The notes beneath the pieces are model-generated. The model saw nothing but the letters and a program-made list of their open reading frames with translations, ran no database searches and was not told where the DNA came from. Both the position numbers and the translations under genes were made by a program. Below, piece by piece: positions 33,635 to 46,850 of a DNA stretch of 64,000 bases (the stretch's first letter is position 1; each line of letters starts with the position of its first letter). This DNA comes from the human T2T-CHM13v2.0 reference genome, Homo sapiens. The stretch is taken from NCBI RefSeq assembly GCF_009914755.1, contig NC_060943.1, one strand, 5' to 3'.

Positions 33635-33814
33635 TAGATTCTGTACCCTCTCTGGCCCCAGATAAAAGAGTGTAATGTGCCCCCTTTAGAGGGAAAATCC
33701 CTTTGCTTTGCAGACACATAAATTACATAGTTCCTAAAACAGAACATGGTCCCATGTTGATAGACCACAGCTCAATTCAATGAGCCTAAGTTGTGTATCA
33801 TTTCCTATGAACAG

Positions 33815-33907
33815 GGTATCAAGCCAGCAAACCAGATGCACTCTTCAAGTTGGAACAAGGAGAGCCATGGACAGTAGAAAATGAAATCCACAGCCAAATC
33901 TGTCCAG
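33815..33907 (+). CDS. ZNF613: ZNF613 KRAB-B exon
   Basis: aacag|GGTATCAAG...TGTCCAG|gtgagt; YQASKPDALFKLEQGEPWTVENEIHSQICP; 93 nt. Confidence 0.96.
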
Positions 33908-34109
33908 GTGAGTTCAGGGTGAGAGCCAGCAAGGAGGGTGGCTGAGCAAGTCACATGATAGTTGTTCAGCAGTGTCTGAGCTGTCAGGGCATCTGAGGCT
34001 GTGTGGACAGAGCCTCCATGTATCCCTCTCCCCACACAAAAGCTCTTTCTCCTTCGGGTATTTAGAGGAACATCTGCTTCGTTATCGCGTCTTGGATTTC
34101 ATCACTGTT

Positions 34110-34646
<537 letters not shown>

Positions 34647-35786
34647 TAGATAATGTTGATTTTTTTTTTCCAAAGGTCTTCCCACCCTATCTTGGACTCT
34701 GTGCCCCCTTAGTAACCTGGTCTGTTGCTTTGCATATATTTGCTTCCTTAGCTTCTCTTTTTTCTCCCACTCTGAGGTCCTCCAGAGGTTCTGTTTCCCA
34801 TTTATTTTGCTCTGTTCTCATATCCTTTAAAAGTTTCCTTCATTCTAATGACTTAAGTTCTTGTTCTCTATGGAGATTCTCAGATTGACATCTCCCTTAA
34901 TATTTCCTAACTTACATGTTTGTACCTATTTTTTACCCACTTGCATGTCAACTCCTTGAGTCGATCCTGGCCACCACAGGGTTACCTTGAAACTTCCCTG
35001 CCTCCTCAGCTACCGTATTTAAAGTCTTTGCTCTTTCAATTGATTTTTGAAGTAGTCTCATTCTCTTTCCAACCCAAACCAGATTACTACACCTCATGCC
35101 TGCTTTGCTTCAATTTCCTTTTGGAATCATTAATTCTGCCTATTATTTAGTTTCTCTTAAATTATATTGCTGGACTTATTCCCTTAAAGCTTTTCTGTTC
35201 TTACCATAGTCTGATGGCACTGAGTCCCAGTGAATCATAGCAGTCATATAAGATGGAAATTTCTCATCTGTCAGGTGATATTCTAGTTGAATCACCATGA
35301 TATGGTATCATCTTGCCTACACAGAGTTTGTTTTCCTTTTCCTTTTCATAAATTCAAAGCCAACTATATATAAAGCACTACATTTGAAGTAGTTTCCGCA
35401 GTGTGTCCCTTACTTTCCTTGTTTCATTGCCTTAAATATTTTTTGATAGACTATTACATATGGGCCCTGACAGCTGTGAACATCAATAACAACAACAAAA
35501 TTCTTCTTGGAGATTACCTGCTAAAAGGAAGAGGCACAAAATTAATCAAAATGGATAAATGTCTTGTGGTGAAAAATGCTGGGAAGACCAATAACAAAGT
35601 ATAATGAGGGATGCCGGGAGTGGGAATGGCTGTTTGGTCAGATGCCTTTGAGCAGCTGTATGACAGACATGAATACGTCCCCCTGGTGAATTACCTTCCA
35701 AGTAGACAAAATAGCAGGTCCAAAGGCCCAAGGCAGGTGTGTGTTTGAGGAACTTCAAGGAAGCCTGTGTGAATACAGAGGAGTGA

Positions 35787-36194
<408 letters not shown>

Positions 36195-36431
36195 ATGACT
36201 TGATTTTTTAAAAAATTATGAGATGAGGAAACATGAGGGAGTTTTGAGTAGAAGAGTGACATGATGTCATTTATATTTAAAAGGATCACTTTGACTACTT
36301 TGTAGAAAGTATACAGGAGAAGGCAGAGGTTGAAGCCTGAAGTCCACTTGGGAGGCTATTGCTATAGTACCAGAAAGAGTGATTCTCTTCCATCTAGGTA
36401 GAAGGGGTGAGTGTTAGTGAGTTTCAGAATA

Positions 36432-36968
36432 CAGGAGTCCCCTGTTATCCACAGTTTCTCTTTCTACAGTTTCAGCTACCTGTGGTCAACTATGGTCTGA
36501 AAATGTTAAATGGGAAATTCTAGAAATAAACAATTCTTAATTACATTGCTCACCATTCCAAGGAGCATGAAATCTTGCACCATCTTGCTCCATCCTGGAA
36601 CAGGAATCATTTTTTGTCCAGCATATGCATGCTGTGTACCCTACCCACCTGTGTCACTTAGTAGCCATCTTGGTTATCAGATCAACTGTCAAGGTATCAC
36701 AGTGCTTGTGTTCAAGTAACCTTTGTTTTACTTAATAATGCTTCCAAAGCTCAAGAGTGTGATGCTGGCCTATTGTTATAATTCTTCTATTTTATTATTT
36801 GTTATTGTTAATCTCTTGCTGTGCCTAGTTTGTAAACTTTATTATAGGTATGTATGCACTGTACAGGAAAAAACATAATGGATATAGGGTTAAGTATGAT
36901 TCAGAGTTTCAGGCATCCATGGTGTGGGGGGTGTCTTGGAACATATCGCCCATAGATGAGGGATTACT
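36432..36968. mobile_element. MER44/Tigger7-like DNA transposon relic
   Basis: TIR-like 'caggagtcccctgttatccac' ... 'atagatgagggattactg'. Confidence 0.6.
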
Positions 36969-37316
36969 GTATATTTATAAAAGACATAAGGAATTTACTA
37001 CTGAAGTAGACAAAGGGTGTGAGACAAACATACAAATGAAAGATGATAGTAAGGTTTCTGGCATGAGTCCGAGCAGGAATTAACTTGCCATTTCCTGAGA
37101 AATTTACCTTGTTTATACACTGACTGCTTTTATTTTTTGTTTTCTTTGTTTAAATTATAATGGTTTATTCTTGTCCAAGTGACAATAGGCATATCTACTT
37201 GGAGTTTTTTAAACAGTGGAAATAGTGTGGTCAGTAGAGCCAGCCTGTACAAGACTGTTTGTGAAATAGTTCTATTCCATGCTCATGGAAAGATTTATTG
37301 TTCTCTTCTTTCCTAG

Positions 37317-38935
37317 AAATCAAGAAAGTTGACAATCATCTACAGATGCACTCACAAAAGCAAAGATGTCTGAAGAGAGTGGAACAATGCCATAAACATA
37401 ATGCATTTGGAAACATCATTCATCAGAGGAAAAGTGATTTTCCTTTAAGGCAAAATCATGATACATTTGACTTACATGGGAAAATACTGAAATCAAATTT
37501 AAGTTTAGTCAACCAGAACAAAAGGTATGAAATCAAGAATTCTGTGGGGGTTAATGGAGATGGGAAATCCTTCCTTCATGCCAAGCATGAACAATTTCAT
37601 AATGAAATGAACTTCCCCGAAGGTGGAAATTCTGTGAATACAAATTCACAATTCATTAAGCATCAGCGAACTCAAAACATAGATAAACCCCATGTATGCA
37701 CTGAGTGTGGGAAGGCTTTCCTCAAGAAGTCTCGCCTCATCTATCATCAGAGAGTTCACACTGGGGAGAAACCTCATGGATGCAGTATATGTGGGAAAGC
37801 CTTCTCCAGAAAGTCCGGGCTCACTGAACACCAGAGAAACCACACAGGAGAGAAACCCTATGAATGCACTGAATGTGACAAAGCATTCCGCTGGAAATCA
37901 CAGCTCAATGCACACCAGAAAATTCATACAGGAGAGAAGTCATATATATGCAGTGATTGTGGAAAAGGCTTCATCAAGAAGTCTCGGCTCATTAATCATC
38001 AGAGAGTTCATACAGGAGAGAAACCACATGGATGCAGCCTGTGTGGGAAGGCCTTCTCCAAAAGGTCCAGGCTCACTGAACACCAGAGAACTCATACAGG
38101 AGAGAAACCCTATGAATGCACTGAATGTGACAAAGCATTCCGCTGGAAATCACAGCTCAATGCACATCAGAAAGCTCACACAGGAGAGAAGTCATATATA
38201 TGCCGTGATTGTGGAAAAGGCTTCATTCAGAAGGGAAATCTCATTGTACATCAGCGAATTCATACTGGAGAAAAACCCTATATATGCAATGAATGTGGAA
38301 AAGGCTTCATCCAAAAGGGCAACCTCCTTATTCATCGACGTACTCACACTGGAGAGAAACCCTATGTATGCAATGAATGTGGGAAAGGCTTCAGCCAGAA
38401 GACATGTTTAATATCCCATCAGAGATTTCACACAGGAAAGACACCCTTTGTATGTACTGAGTGTGGAAAATCCTGCTCACACAAGTCAGGTCTCATTAAC
38501 CACCAGAGAATTCACACAGGAGAGAAACCCTATACATGCAGTGACTGTGGGAAAGCTTTCAGAGATAAATCATGTCTCAACAGACATCGGAGAACTCATA
38601 CAGGGGAGAGACCGTATGGATGCTCTGATTGTGGGAAAGCTTTCTCCCACTTGTCATGCCTTGTTTATCATAAGGGAATGCTGCATGCAAGAGAGAAATG
38701 TGTAGGTTCAGTCAAATTGGAAAATCCTTGCTCAGAGAGTCATAGCTTATCACATACACGTGATCTCATACAGGATAAAGACTCTGTTAACATGGTGACT
38801 CTGCAGATGCCTTCTGTGGCAGCTCAGACCTCATTAACTAACAGTGCGTTCCAAGCAGAGAGCAAAGTAGCCATTGTGAGCCAGCCTGTTGCCAGAAGTT
38901 CAGTCTCAGCAGATAGTAGAATTTGCACAGAATAA
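37317..38935 (+). CDS. ZNF613: ZNF613 zinc-finger exon (12 C2H2 fingers + C-terminal tail)
   Basis: tcctag|AAATCAAG; spliced CDS 15+127+93+1619 = 1854 nt = 617 aa, matching the recalled ZNF613 protein. Confidence 0.95.
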
Positions 38936-39050
38936 AAACCATATGAATGCAGTGAATGTGGTAGTGCTTTCAGTGATCAATTACATCATATGTCACAAAA
39001 AACACAGAGGAACAAACTGATATATTCAAGGTGGAAAGCCCTTGAATAAA
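38931..39050 (+). terminator. Candidate ZNF613 polyadenylation signals
   Basis: AATAAA overlapping the stop codon (38931-38936) and again near 39045; usage cannot be determined from sequence. Confidence 0.4.
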
Positions 39051-41374
39051 ACCTTATGGCTAATAAGCATATACTCAGAGAAAAATAGTATGAAGTGGAG
39101 ACTGGGAAATTCTTTTATGGGAAGATAGATCTTCTCATCAGTGACCATAGATCACATCTTCAGTGAGCTTATAGTTGGTAGAAATATAATGATCATGGAA
39201 AAGTCCTTGTTCAGAAACAGTACGCCAGTAGGTATCAGGGGGTTTACACAGGAGAGAAACTTTTGGAAGACCTTTGAAGGCTATGAATGTGGCAGGGTTG
39301 CTAGTGGTACATTCTGCCTTATCCTCAGAGGGAATCATATAGAAATAAAACTATGAAAATGTAACTAGAACATCTTCATCAAAATATGAAAGAACACACG
39401 AAGCAAATAAGCCCTGTGAAAAGGAGTATTTTAGAGATTTCGATCAGAAATCTAACATCATTATATGGCAGATAATATACAGGATGTGTATTTTAGGACA
39501 ATATACCTTGAATCACTAGTTGATATGTCAATGACTAATTAAAAGGGGTTGTCAGTGTTACACATCATTGGTTAAATTTATAGCACAATGTACCTCTTCC
39601 CCCTTTTTTGATAAGAGTCTTCTATTCCCAACCAAGATCATTATATGATTAGCTCTTGTGTTTCTTTGATTCCAAATTTCTTCACTTGTTATTTCAGACT
39701 ACTGAAGCTCTTCAAAAGGAAAAATGTATTTAATTTAATAATGTAACACAACAAGTTTGGATGTGTTTAACTTTATAAATAATCACCCCAGAGGAATGAA
39801 GTTCAAAACTTGTGAATAACCAATTGGCCATGCTCTTAATTTAGAAGGTAGTCCTCATCCTAACCCTGTGGTTTGTCTTATTGTTGGCATAAGCACCATT
39901 CAGAATAGTTTGAATGATCTATTTTCTTTACCTGAAACTATTTCCTTTATCTAGGAACCGTGGATGATGGCAGTGGGAAACAAAGCAAAATTGCAAGCCA
40001 GCATTTTTAAAAAGCTGGATTATATGCATGTAGCTATTTTACCCTCCAGCAGCTGTAGTTAAAAAATGCATATGCCTATATCAGTTGAAAGAGACATACA
40101 ATATAAGATCAAATTGTCCTGATAATTTCTTATTCAAGGGACATATTTGGAGTGGGAAGGGGAAAGGACTCAATTTTCCTTACATAAAACAGGATATGAA
40201 TACTTTTCTAAAAAGTGTTCATGTCTTCTCTCTACCTAAATTATAAATTCCTTGATAGTTTGTAGGCAATTGTATATACCCTAGCAGATACCAAAATAGA
40301 AATTAATTATATGTAGATTTGGAAGATGAATGAAGGTGCATGAATAACCCAGTGGACAATTATCAAAATTACTTTTGCCATTGAAGGAAAGGAACTACTG
40401 GCAAGAACTTCTAAGGATTAGTATTATTCTAAAAAAAACTTTAAAAAAATCTGAATAGAGACTCATTTCTGTCATAAGAGGGGCAGAAGAGAGAAGGAAT
40501 AGGATTCACAGAATAAGCCCAATAAAAGAACAAAATAACTTCATTCTCTAAAAATAAAGGACAGCATGTAAGATGGGTAAAGGTGAGATCCTTTTGGATA
40601 TCTTGGATAAGAACCCTTAAATTTATCTACAGACCTGTCACCTTGGAGAGCTGCTACTGTTTTAAAGATCCTGGCTCCTCTGTGGTATGCTGAATTGGAA
40701 CATAAGATTTCTCTTCATCATTCCTTCTCACTTGGGGTTAAGACCCTTGTCCTCTCCTATACTCAGAGTTCCTTCCCTTGATCTAATAAAGATACATCCA
40801 TGTTAGAAACAGTCCTGCTCACAAGGAAAAATAAAGTGGAAATTTGCCATAAAGTGGCTGCCTCACAGTGGAAACCCGAAGTCTGGGTTATCGGGTGATT
40901 ACAACAAATAGTTTTTGAGCATCTGCACTGTGGTAGACACTTGTACACACAGGATACACTGAAGAACAAACATAAAGTAGTGGCCTGTAACAGGATGGAT
41001 TCAGTACAGATGCTCTACAGTTAAGAGTATAAGAAATGAACTCTTCTTCAACCTGGACTTCAGATTCTCTCTACTTCTTGCCTTGTGAATCTGCACATCC
41101 TATCATAGCAGTCGTAGCATCTTACTCCCTGAACACATAAATCAGGGTGCGCTACTGGGCTTCCCAGGCCTGTCCTTGGGACCAGGTGTTGAAATCACCT
41201 TTCAGAAGTTGGCATCCCAGCTAAATAAATTTAACTGGATACTCAGTTCCAGGTTGCCTCTTTCAAAAGGCACATCACCCCATGCCTTCATAAAAATGGT
41301 AGCCGACATTTATTAAGCATGCGGTTTGCCAAATGGTAACTGCATTATTTAGTAATTTAAAAAAATTAAAGTTT

Positions 41375-41687
41375 GTTTTTGTTTTTGTTGTGTTTGAGAC
41401 AGGGTCGTGCTCTGTCGCCCAGGCTGGAGTGCAGTGGCCTGATCATGGCTTACTGAAGTCTGGACCTCCTGGGCTAAAGCCATCCTCCCACCTCAGCCTC
41501 CAGAGTGGCCGGGACTACAGGTGCATGCCACCACACTCTGCTAATTTTTGTATTTTTGTATTTTTTCTGTAAAGGCAGTGTTTCACTATATTTCCCAGGC
41601 TGGTCTCCAACTCCTGGGCATAAGTGATCCTCCTGACTTAGCCTCCCAAATTGCTGAGATTACATGTTTGAGCCATGGCACCCGGCC
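41375..41687 (-). mobile_element. Alu (J-type)
   Basis: Antisense Alu. Confidence 0.85.
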
Positions 41688-42029
41688 TCTTTAGTTATTT
41701 AACACTCTTATATGCTCCATTTCCATCTTCAAGTGTTTCAGGGAAATATTTGATTAAATTTGAGGCCTCATTCCTTTTTCCTTATTACAGGTAACCACAC
41801 ACTGTATGCAGTTGCACGTGGGCATTGGTCCTCATAGAGATCGCTCCCGTATTTGGCCTCAAGACAATTCTCGGCTAGACTAGCCTTGCCCATTCTTTTC
41901 TGCATCCGTTGAAGGAGATTCAGAACATCCACAAATTTGGTCCACTCTGTGACCGCTGTCCCCCTATTCCCCTTCAGCCACTTCGCCTTTGGCACACCTT
42001 GTTGGTCCTGAAGAGGCCCTCAGAAATAC

Positions 42030-42750
42030 TCCACATTCCGCCCTAAACTCCCAACAGATTGTATTTTCTACTGAATGGAAACTGACACCTCCTAAGATGA
42101 ACTGCAGCCACGATGCTTCTTCCTAACGGCTCAATATGGGGTACAGCGCGCGGCCATCTTATTTTTTTGCTCAGGCTGTTAAAAGTTTTTATAATTTTCT
42201 GACAATTTATCCAGTTTGCGCAGTGACTGAGGTGCCCTGAAATTAATTCACTGTCTTCCAACGCCGTGGTAACAGCCCTTCCGGGTTCTCTGGTGGGAGT
42301 CGCCGAGATGGGCGTGGCCATGATACGTCACAATACGAGGCCGAGGGAGGAATTCTGTCGTCTGGGAACGGCTGGTTTCGCGGTCAGACGCCGAGGGCCC
42401 TCGAAGTCCCTAGCAACGGCTGCGGAGGGAGATGTAAGTCGTTTTGGACGCAGGCTCAGTGTTTGGTCCCAGCGTTCGGTGGAGTCCGGAGAGACTCAGG
42501 ATCAGATGAGTCGGGGTCTGGATGTGGCTCCAAGTGAAAGGCCTGTGGGGGTCAGTGAAGGGGAGCCCCCTGTTCTGAGACCGTGTGGGACCCCGCGTCC
42601 TGGGGTTCTTTCTGGGTTTACTCAATGGAGAAGCCTGGCTTTGGTGATAGGGCGCCTGGCGGTCAGTAATTAAGAGACTGGAAGATATTAACGACCGACT
42701 GTCAAGGTTTATGGTCGTTGAGGGAATGCCGTGGGAATCAGTGGTTGAGA
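42030..42750 (+). promoter_or_regulatory. ZNF350-AS1: CpG-island promoter and first exon of a plus-strand non-coding transcript (probably ZNF350-AS1)
   Basis: CpG-rich; YY1-type GCGGCCATCTT at ~42150; strong donor GAT|GTAAGT at 42433/42434; no KRAB exons downstream on +; symbol from recalled gene order. Confidence 0.55.
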
Positions 42751-43444
42751 AACGGGGTAGGAAAGTGTGTATCAGTGAATGAACTTGGTGTCCATTCCGG
42801 GTTTGCAATTTAATGTGATAGAGAAGCTTGGGGCTGGAGAATGTTTTAGTGAAAGAGGTTTTAGTTTGCGGTTTCAGATTTAATTTGGAGTCAATGTTTG
42901 AGGAGGCCTGTACATGTCTGTGGTTTAGGGGCCTGAAGAGGCTGGAGCTTTGGAGGCCCAAGGGCCCTGGAGAGTGGATGGGTTGAGGCTTAATAATTGA
43001 CTGCTGGTTACAGTTGTGATTAAACTACATTTACCTAGTGGATCTACATGCAGTTCAGTTCTTCAAGTCCAAGTCCGTCTTAAAAATAACAATGAAAAAC
43101 ATTTCCCTTCCTATATTCATATCATTGTCTACAAATTTCTGGACGAGGAAATTACGAGTTTGCTACTAAAGTCGAGCTTTTTTCCTCTCTAGTTCCCAAC
43201 TTTACCATGTCGTTTTCATAAATATTTTCTTTCAGATTTATTCCAACACAAGAAAATAATCTCTGTTACCCACACTTCTGATTTTTATTTAGGAGCATTT
43301 TTTTTTTCGTTTCATCCTCACAGTTTTCACAATTGCAATACTTTGGGTAAATATTTGATTTCATCACTTAAATTCTCATCACAAACATACATACATGTAT
43401 GTATATATAGTATATATATCTATATTTCTGTCTCTATATACATC

Positions 43445-43464
43445 TGTCTATGTATGTATGTATG

Positions 43465-43512
<48 letters not shown>
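43445..43512. repeat. (TATG)n(TATC)n tetranucleotide microsatellite at an Alu tail
   Basis: About 11 TATC units preceded by TATG units. Confidence 0.92.
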
Positions 43513-43517
<5 letters not shown>

Positions 43518-44564
43518 ATACAGAGAGAGTCAGTCTTGCCCTGTCTCCCAGGCTGGAGTACAATGGTGCCATCAGCTCACTCTAACCTTGAACTCCTGGG
43601 TTTAAGGGATCCTCCTGCCTCAGCCTCCCAAGTAGCTGGACTACATATAAAATTTTTCAATGGCAGTATCACATCAGAAGGTTGTACCAGTGGCTTAGTA
43701 AATGGAGTCACATTAAATGTTTGCCTTAATTAGGATGGAATTGACATGTATAAAATATTCAATTCTATTTCTATATTTTCTATCTATATATAACATTCTG
43801 ATACTCCAATTACTCAAGTTCTTCTGTTCCCACCCCAAGATTTGTGATTCACTTTTTTATGTCCTAGATCTTATGGTTACATTTATTCTTAAGTGGCTTA
43901 TACTGTTTTTTTTGATAATTCCTCTAGAAGAGGAAGTCATTTTTTAAAAATTGAGACAGAGTCTCACACCGTTGCCCAGGCTAGAGTGCAGTAGTATGAT
44001 CTTGGCTCACTGCAACCTCCGCCTCCCAGACTCAAGGGATTCTCCCACTTCAGTAGCTGGGACTACAGGCACTCGCCACCATGCCCAGCTAATTTTTGTA
44101 TTTTTTGTAGAAATGAGGTTTCACCATGTTGCCCAGGCTGGTCTTGAACTCCTGAGCCCAAGTGATCCACCTGATGCATTACCTGCCTCGGACTCCAAAG
44201 TGCTAGGATTACAGGCGTGAGCGACTGCTCCTAGCCAAGCGTTTCTTAAATCCAAATATTTGCTGGAGTATGCGTACCTAATGCATGTATGAAGGCCTAT
44301 CCCTCTGAGAGTCTGGGTTGATAGATTTGGAGTACAATCCCTGCAGAGTGTTGATAAAATTCTCTATGGAATGCTGTTGTGACATACTTGGTAACTCACA
44401 GCCCTAATATATGCTAAAATGGATGGAATTTTGTGAGAAACAAGAAAATATCTTCTAGTAGTGATGATTTTTTGTAACAAATATATGAAATATCTGTATG
44501 TAATACAGGATTTAAACACAAGGTATTGTTAGAATTCTAGGTTGTGTGAAGTTACATGTCAAGA

Positions 44565-45043
44565 TGTTACTGAAATGCCAAGGGTTCAGTCTAGGTCCCG
44601 TTGCTTGCCACACAGAAAGACAATCACTGAGACAATGAGTATTGCGAGAGAAGAAAGGCTTTTTTGGGTAACATCAGGTGGGAGAGGAAAATAAATATCA
44701 AATCTGTCTCCCCACAACCGACTAAAATTGGTGGCTTATATAACAGGCAAGGAATATAAAACAGGAATTAGGGAAGGGTAAGGAAGAGGAGTTGGCCAAC
44801 AGGAATCAGGTGGTCGGTTAGGCAATCATGATGGATGAGGGGTCCACCATCGCATTGTCTAGATGCAGTGATCTGGTAAGTTTCAGTTCCTTGAACTATC
44901 TGGGAGGCCTGAATGGTTTCATGAGAAACGAACTCAGATAAAATGAATATAAGTTTCAAGCTTTAAGACTAGGAGAGTCAATTTCTATATTTATTCAAAA
45001 AGACTGTTAACATCATTTCTGTGGGGAAATCCAGCCAGTTTAA
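44565..45043 (-). mobile_element. ERV1 (MER4-group) LTR, probable 3' LTR of a decayed provirus
   Basis: 'tgttactgaaatgccaagggttcagtctaggtcccgttgc...' has the form of an antisense LTR U5 end and abuts internal retroviral sequence. Confidence 0.55.
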
Positions 45044-45472
45044 AAAATGATCAGCAAAGATAGGGAATATGGTAGAAATGTAAAGGAAATAGAGGTTAAA
45101 GTGATATATAGAGCATAGGGAATGATGGCATGATATGTAAAAGGCATGTCTAAATTTTGAATAAACATAATGAAGGGCAGAGAATGAAGAGATTAAATGG
45201 AAAATTTGTCAGGCCATGAGGGAGAATGCCAAAAGATTTGGTCCGAAGCCAACCATATGAAAGCCAATGTTAGAAGGTGTCTGTAGGGGAAGTAGTAGAA
45301 TAGAAATGTGGATAAGTGGGGTAATCATAGCAACATTAACTTTTATTGCCAGGCCGAGTGGATTTTGTGTTAGTAATTGAGGTAGCATGGTAGAGGGTAG
45401 GTTTCTTTTGTATTTTTCTAGCCTATGGGTAGTCTTATCTTTCACCCAGTGACAGCAATGATGCAATAATAA

Positions 45473-45749
<277 letters not shown>

Positions 45750-46033
45750 TGATCCACCCGCCTCAGCCTCCTAAAGTGCTGGGATTACAGGCGTGAACCA
45801 CCACCTTACATTCTGGCTGGGGAAAACAAAATAAAAACACAAGGAAACTAAAAAATGAGGTAGCTGCAAATTATGAGAGAAAACACACACTGCCTATATC
45901 CAATCAGGGAAATAAGCAGACACACTTGTTTTAAACAAATATCTTGGGAGAGGCAAGTCAGAATGTCAGATTTCGACTTCAACGTATCTGTGACACTCTT
46001 AGATGGTCATCCTGTTTTTAAAATGCATCCCTT

Positions 46034-46850
46034 AGGGAGGTGGGGGGGTCAGCCCCCCGCCCGGCCAGCCGCCCCGTCCGGGAGATGAGGGGCGCCTCTG
46101 CCCAGCCGCCCCTACTGGGAAGTGAGGAGCCCCTCTGCCCGGCCAGCCGCCCCATCCGGGAGGGAGGTGGGGGGGTCAGCCCCCCGCCCGGCCAGCCGCC
46201 CCGTCCGGGAGGGAGGTGGGGGGGTCAGCCCCCCGCCCGGCCAGCCGCCCCGTCCGGGAGGTGAGGGGCGCCTCTGCCTGGCCGCCCCTACTGGGAAGTG
46301 AGGAGCCCCTCTGCCCGGCCACCACCCCGTCTGGGAGGTGTACCTAACAGCTCATTGAGAACGGGCCATGATGACAATGGCGGTTTTGTGGAATAGAAAG
46401 GGGGGAAAGGTGGGGAAAAGATTGAGAAATCGGATGGTTGCGGTGTCTGTGTAGAAAGAGGTAGACATGGGAGACTTTTCATTTTGCTCTGTACTAAGAA
46501 AAATTCTTATCCTGTTGATCTGTGACCTTACCCCCAACCCTGTGCTCTCTGAAACATGTGCTGTGTCCACTCAGGGTTAAATGGATTAAGGGCGGTGCAA
46601 GATGTGCTTTGTTGAACAGATGCTTGAAGGCAGCATGCTCGTTAAGAGTCATCACCACTCCCTAATCTCAAGTACCCAGGGACACAAACACTGCAGAAGG
46701 CCGCAGGGTCCTCTGCCTAGGAAAACCAGAGACCTTTGTTCACTTGTTTATCTGCTGACCTTCCCTCCACTATTGTCCTATGACCCTGCCAAATCCCCCT
46801 CTGCGAGAAACACCCAAGAATGAACAATAAAAAAAAATAAAAATAAAAAT
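46034..46850 (+). mobile_element. 5'-truncated SVA retrotransposon (VNTR + SINE-R + polyA)
   Basis: VNTR 'gggggtcagccccccgcccggccagccgccccgtccgggag', LTR5-derived SINE-R, AATAAA and A-tail; 14-bp TSD AAAATGCATCCCTT at 46020-46033 and 46851-46864. Confidence 0.96.

Noticed and set aside
37692-38411. 239-aa overlapping ORF in ZNF613 (and similar ones at 8731-9117 and 58227-58931)
   Set aside because: The stop-poor shifted frame (…IQERNPMNV…) typical of C2H2 arrays; no independent coding evidence
42410-42961. 183-aa minus-strand ORF and 135-aa plus-strand ORF over the CpG island
   Set aside because: No recognisable domain; open frames are expected in GC-rich promoter DNA and they cross a splice donor
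46034-46330. CRISPR-like or novel tandem array
   Set aside because: It is the SVA VNTR; eukaryotic context and no unique spacers
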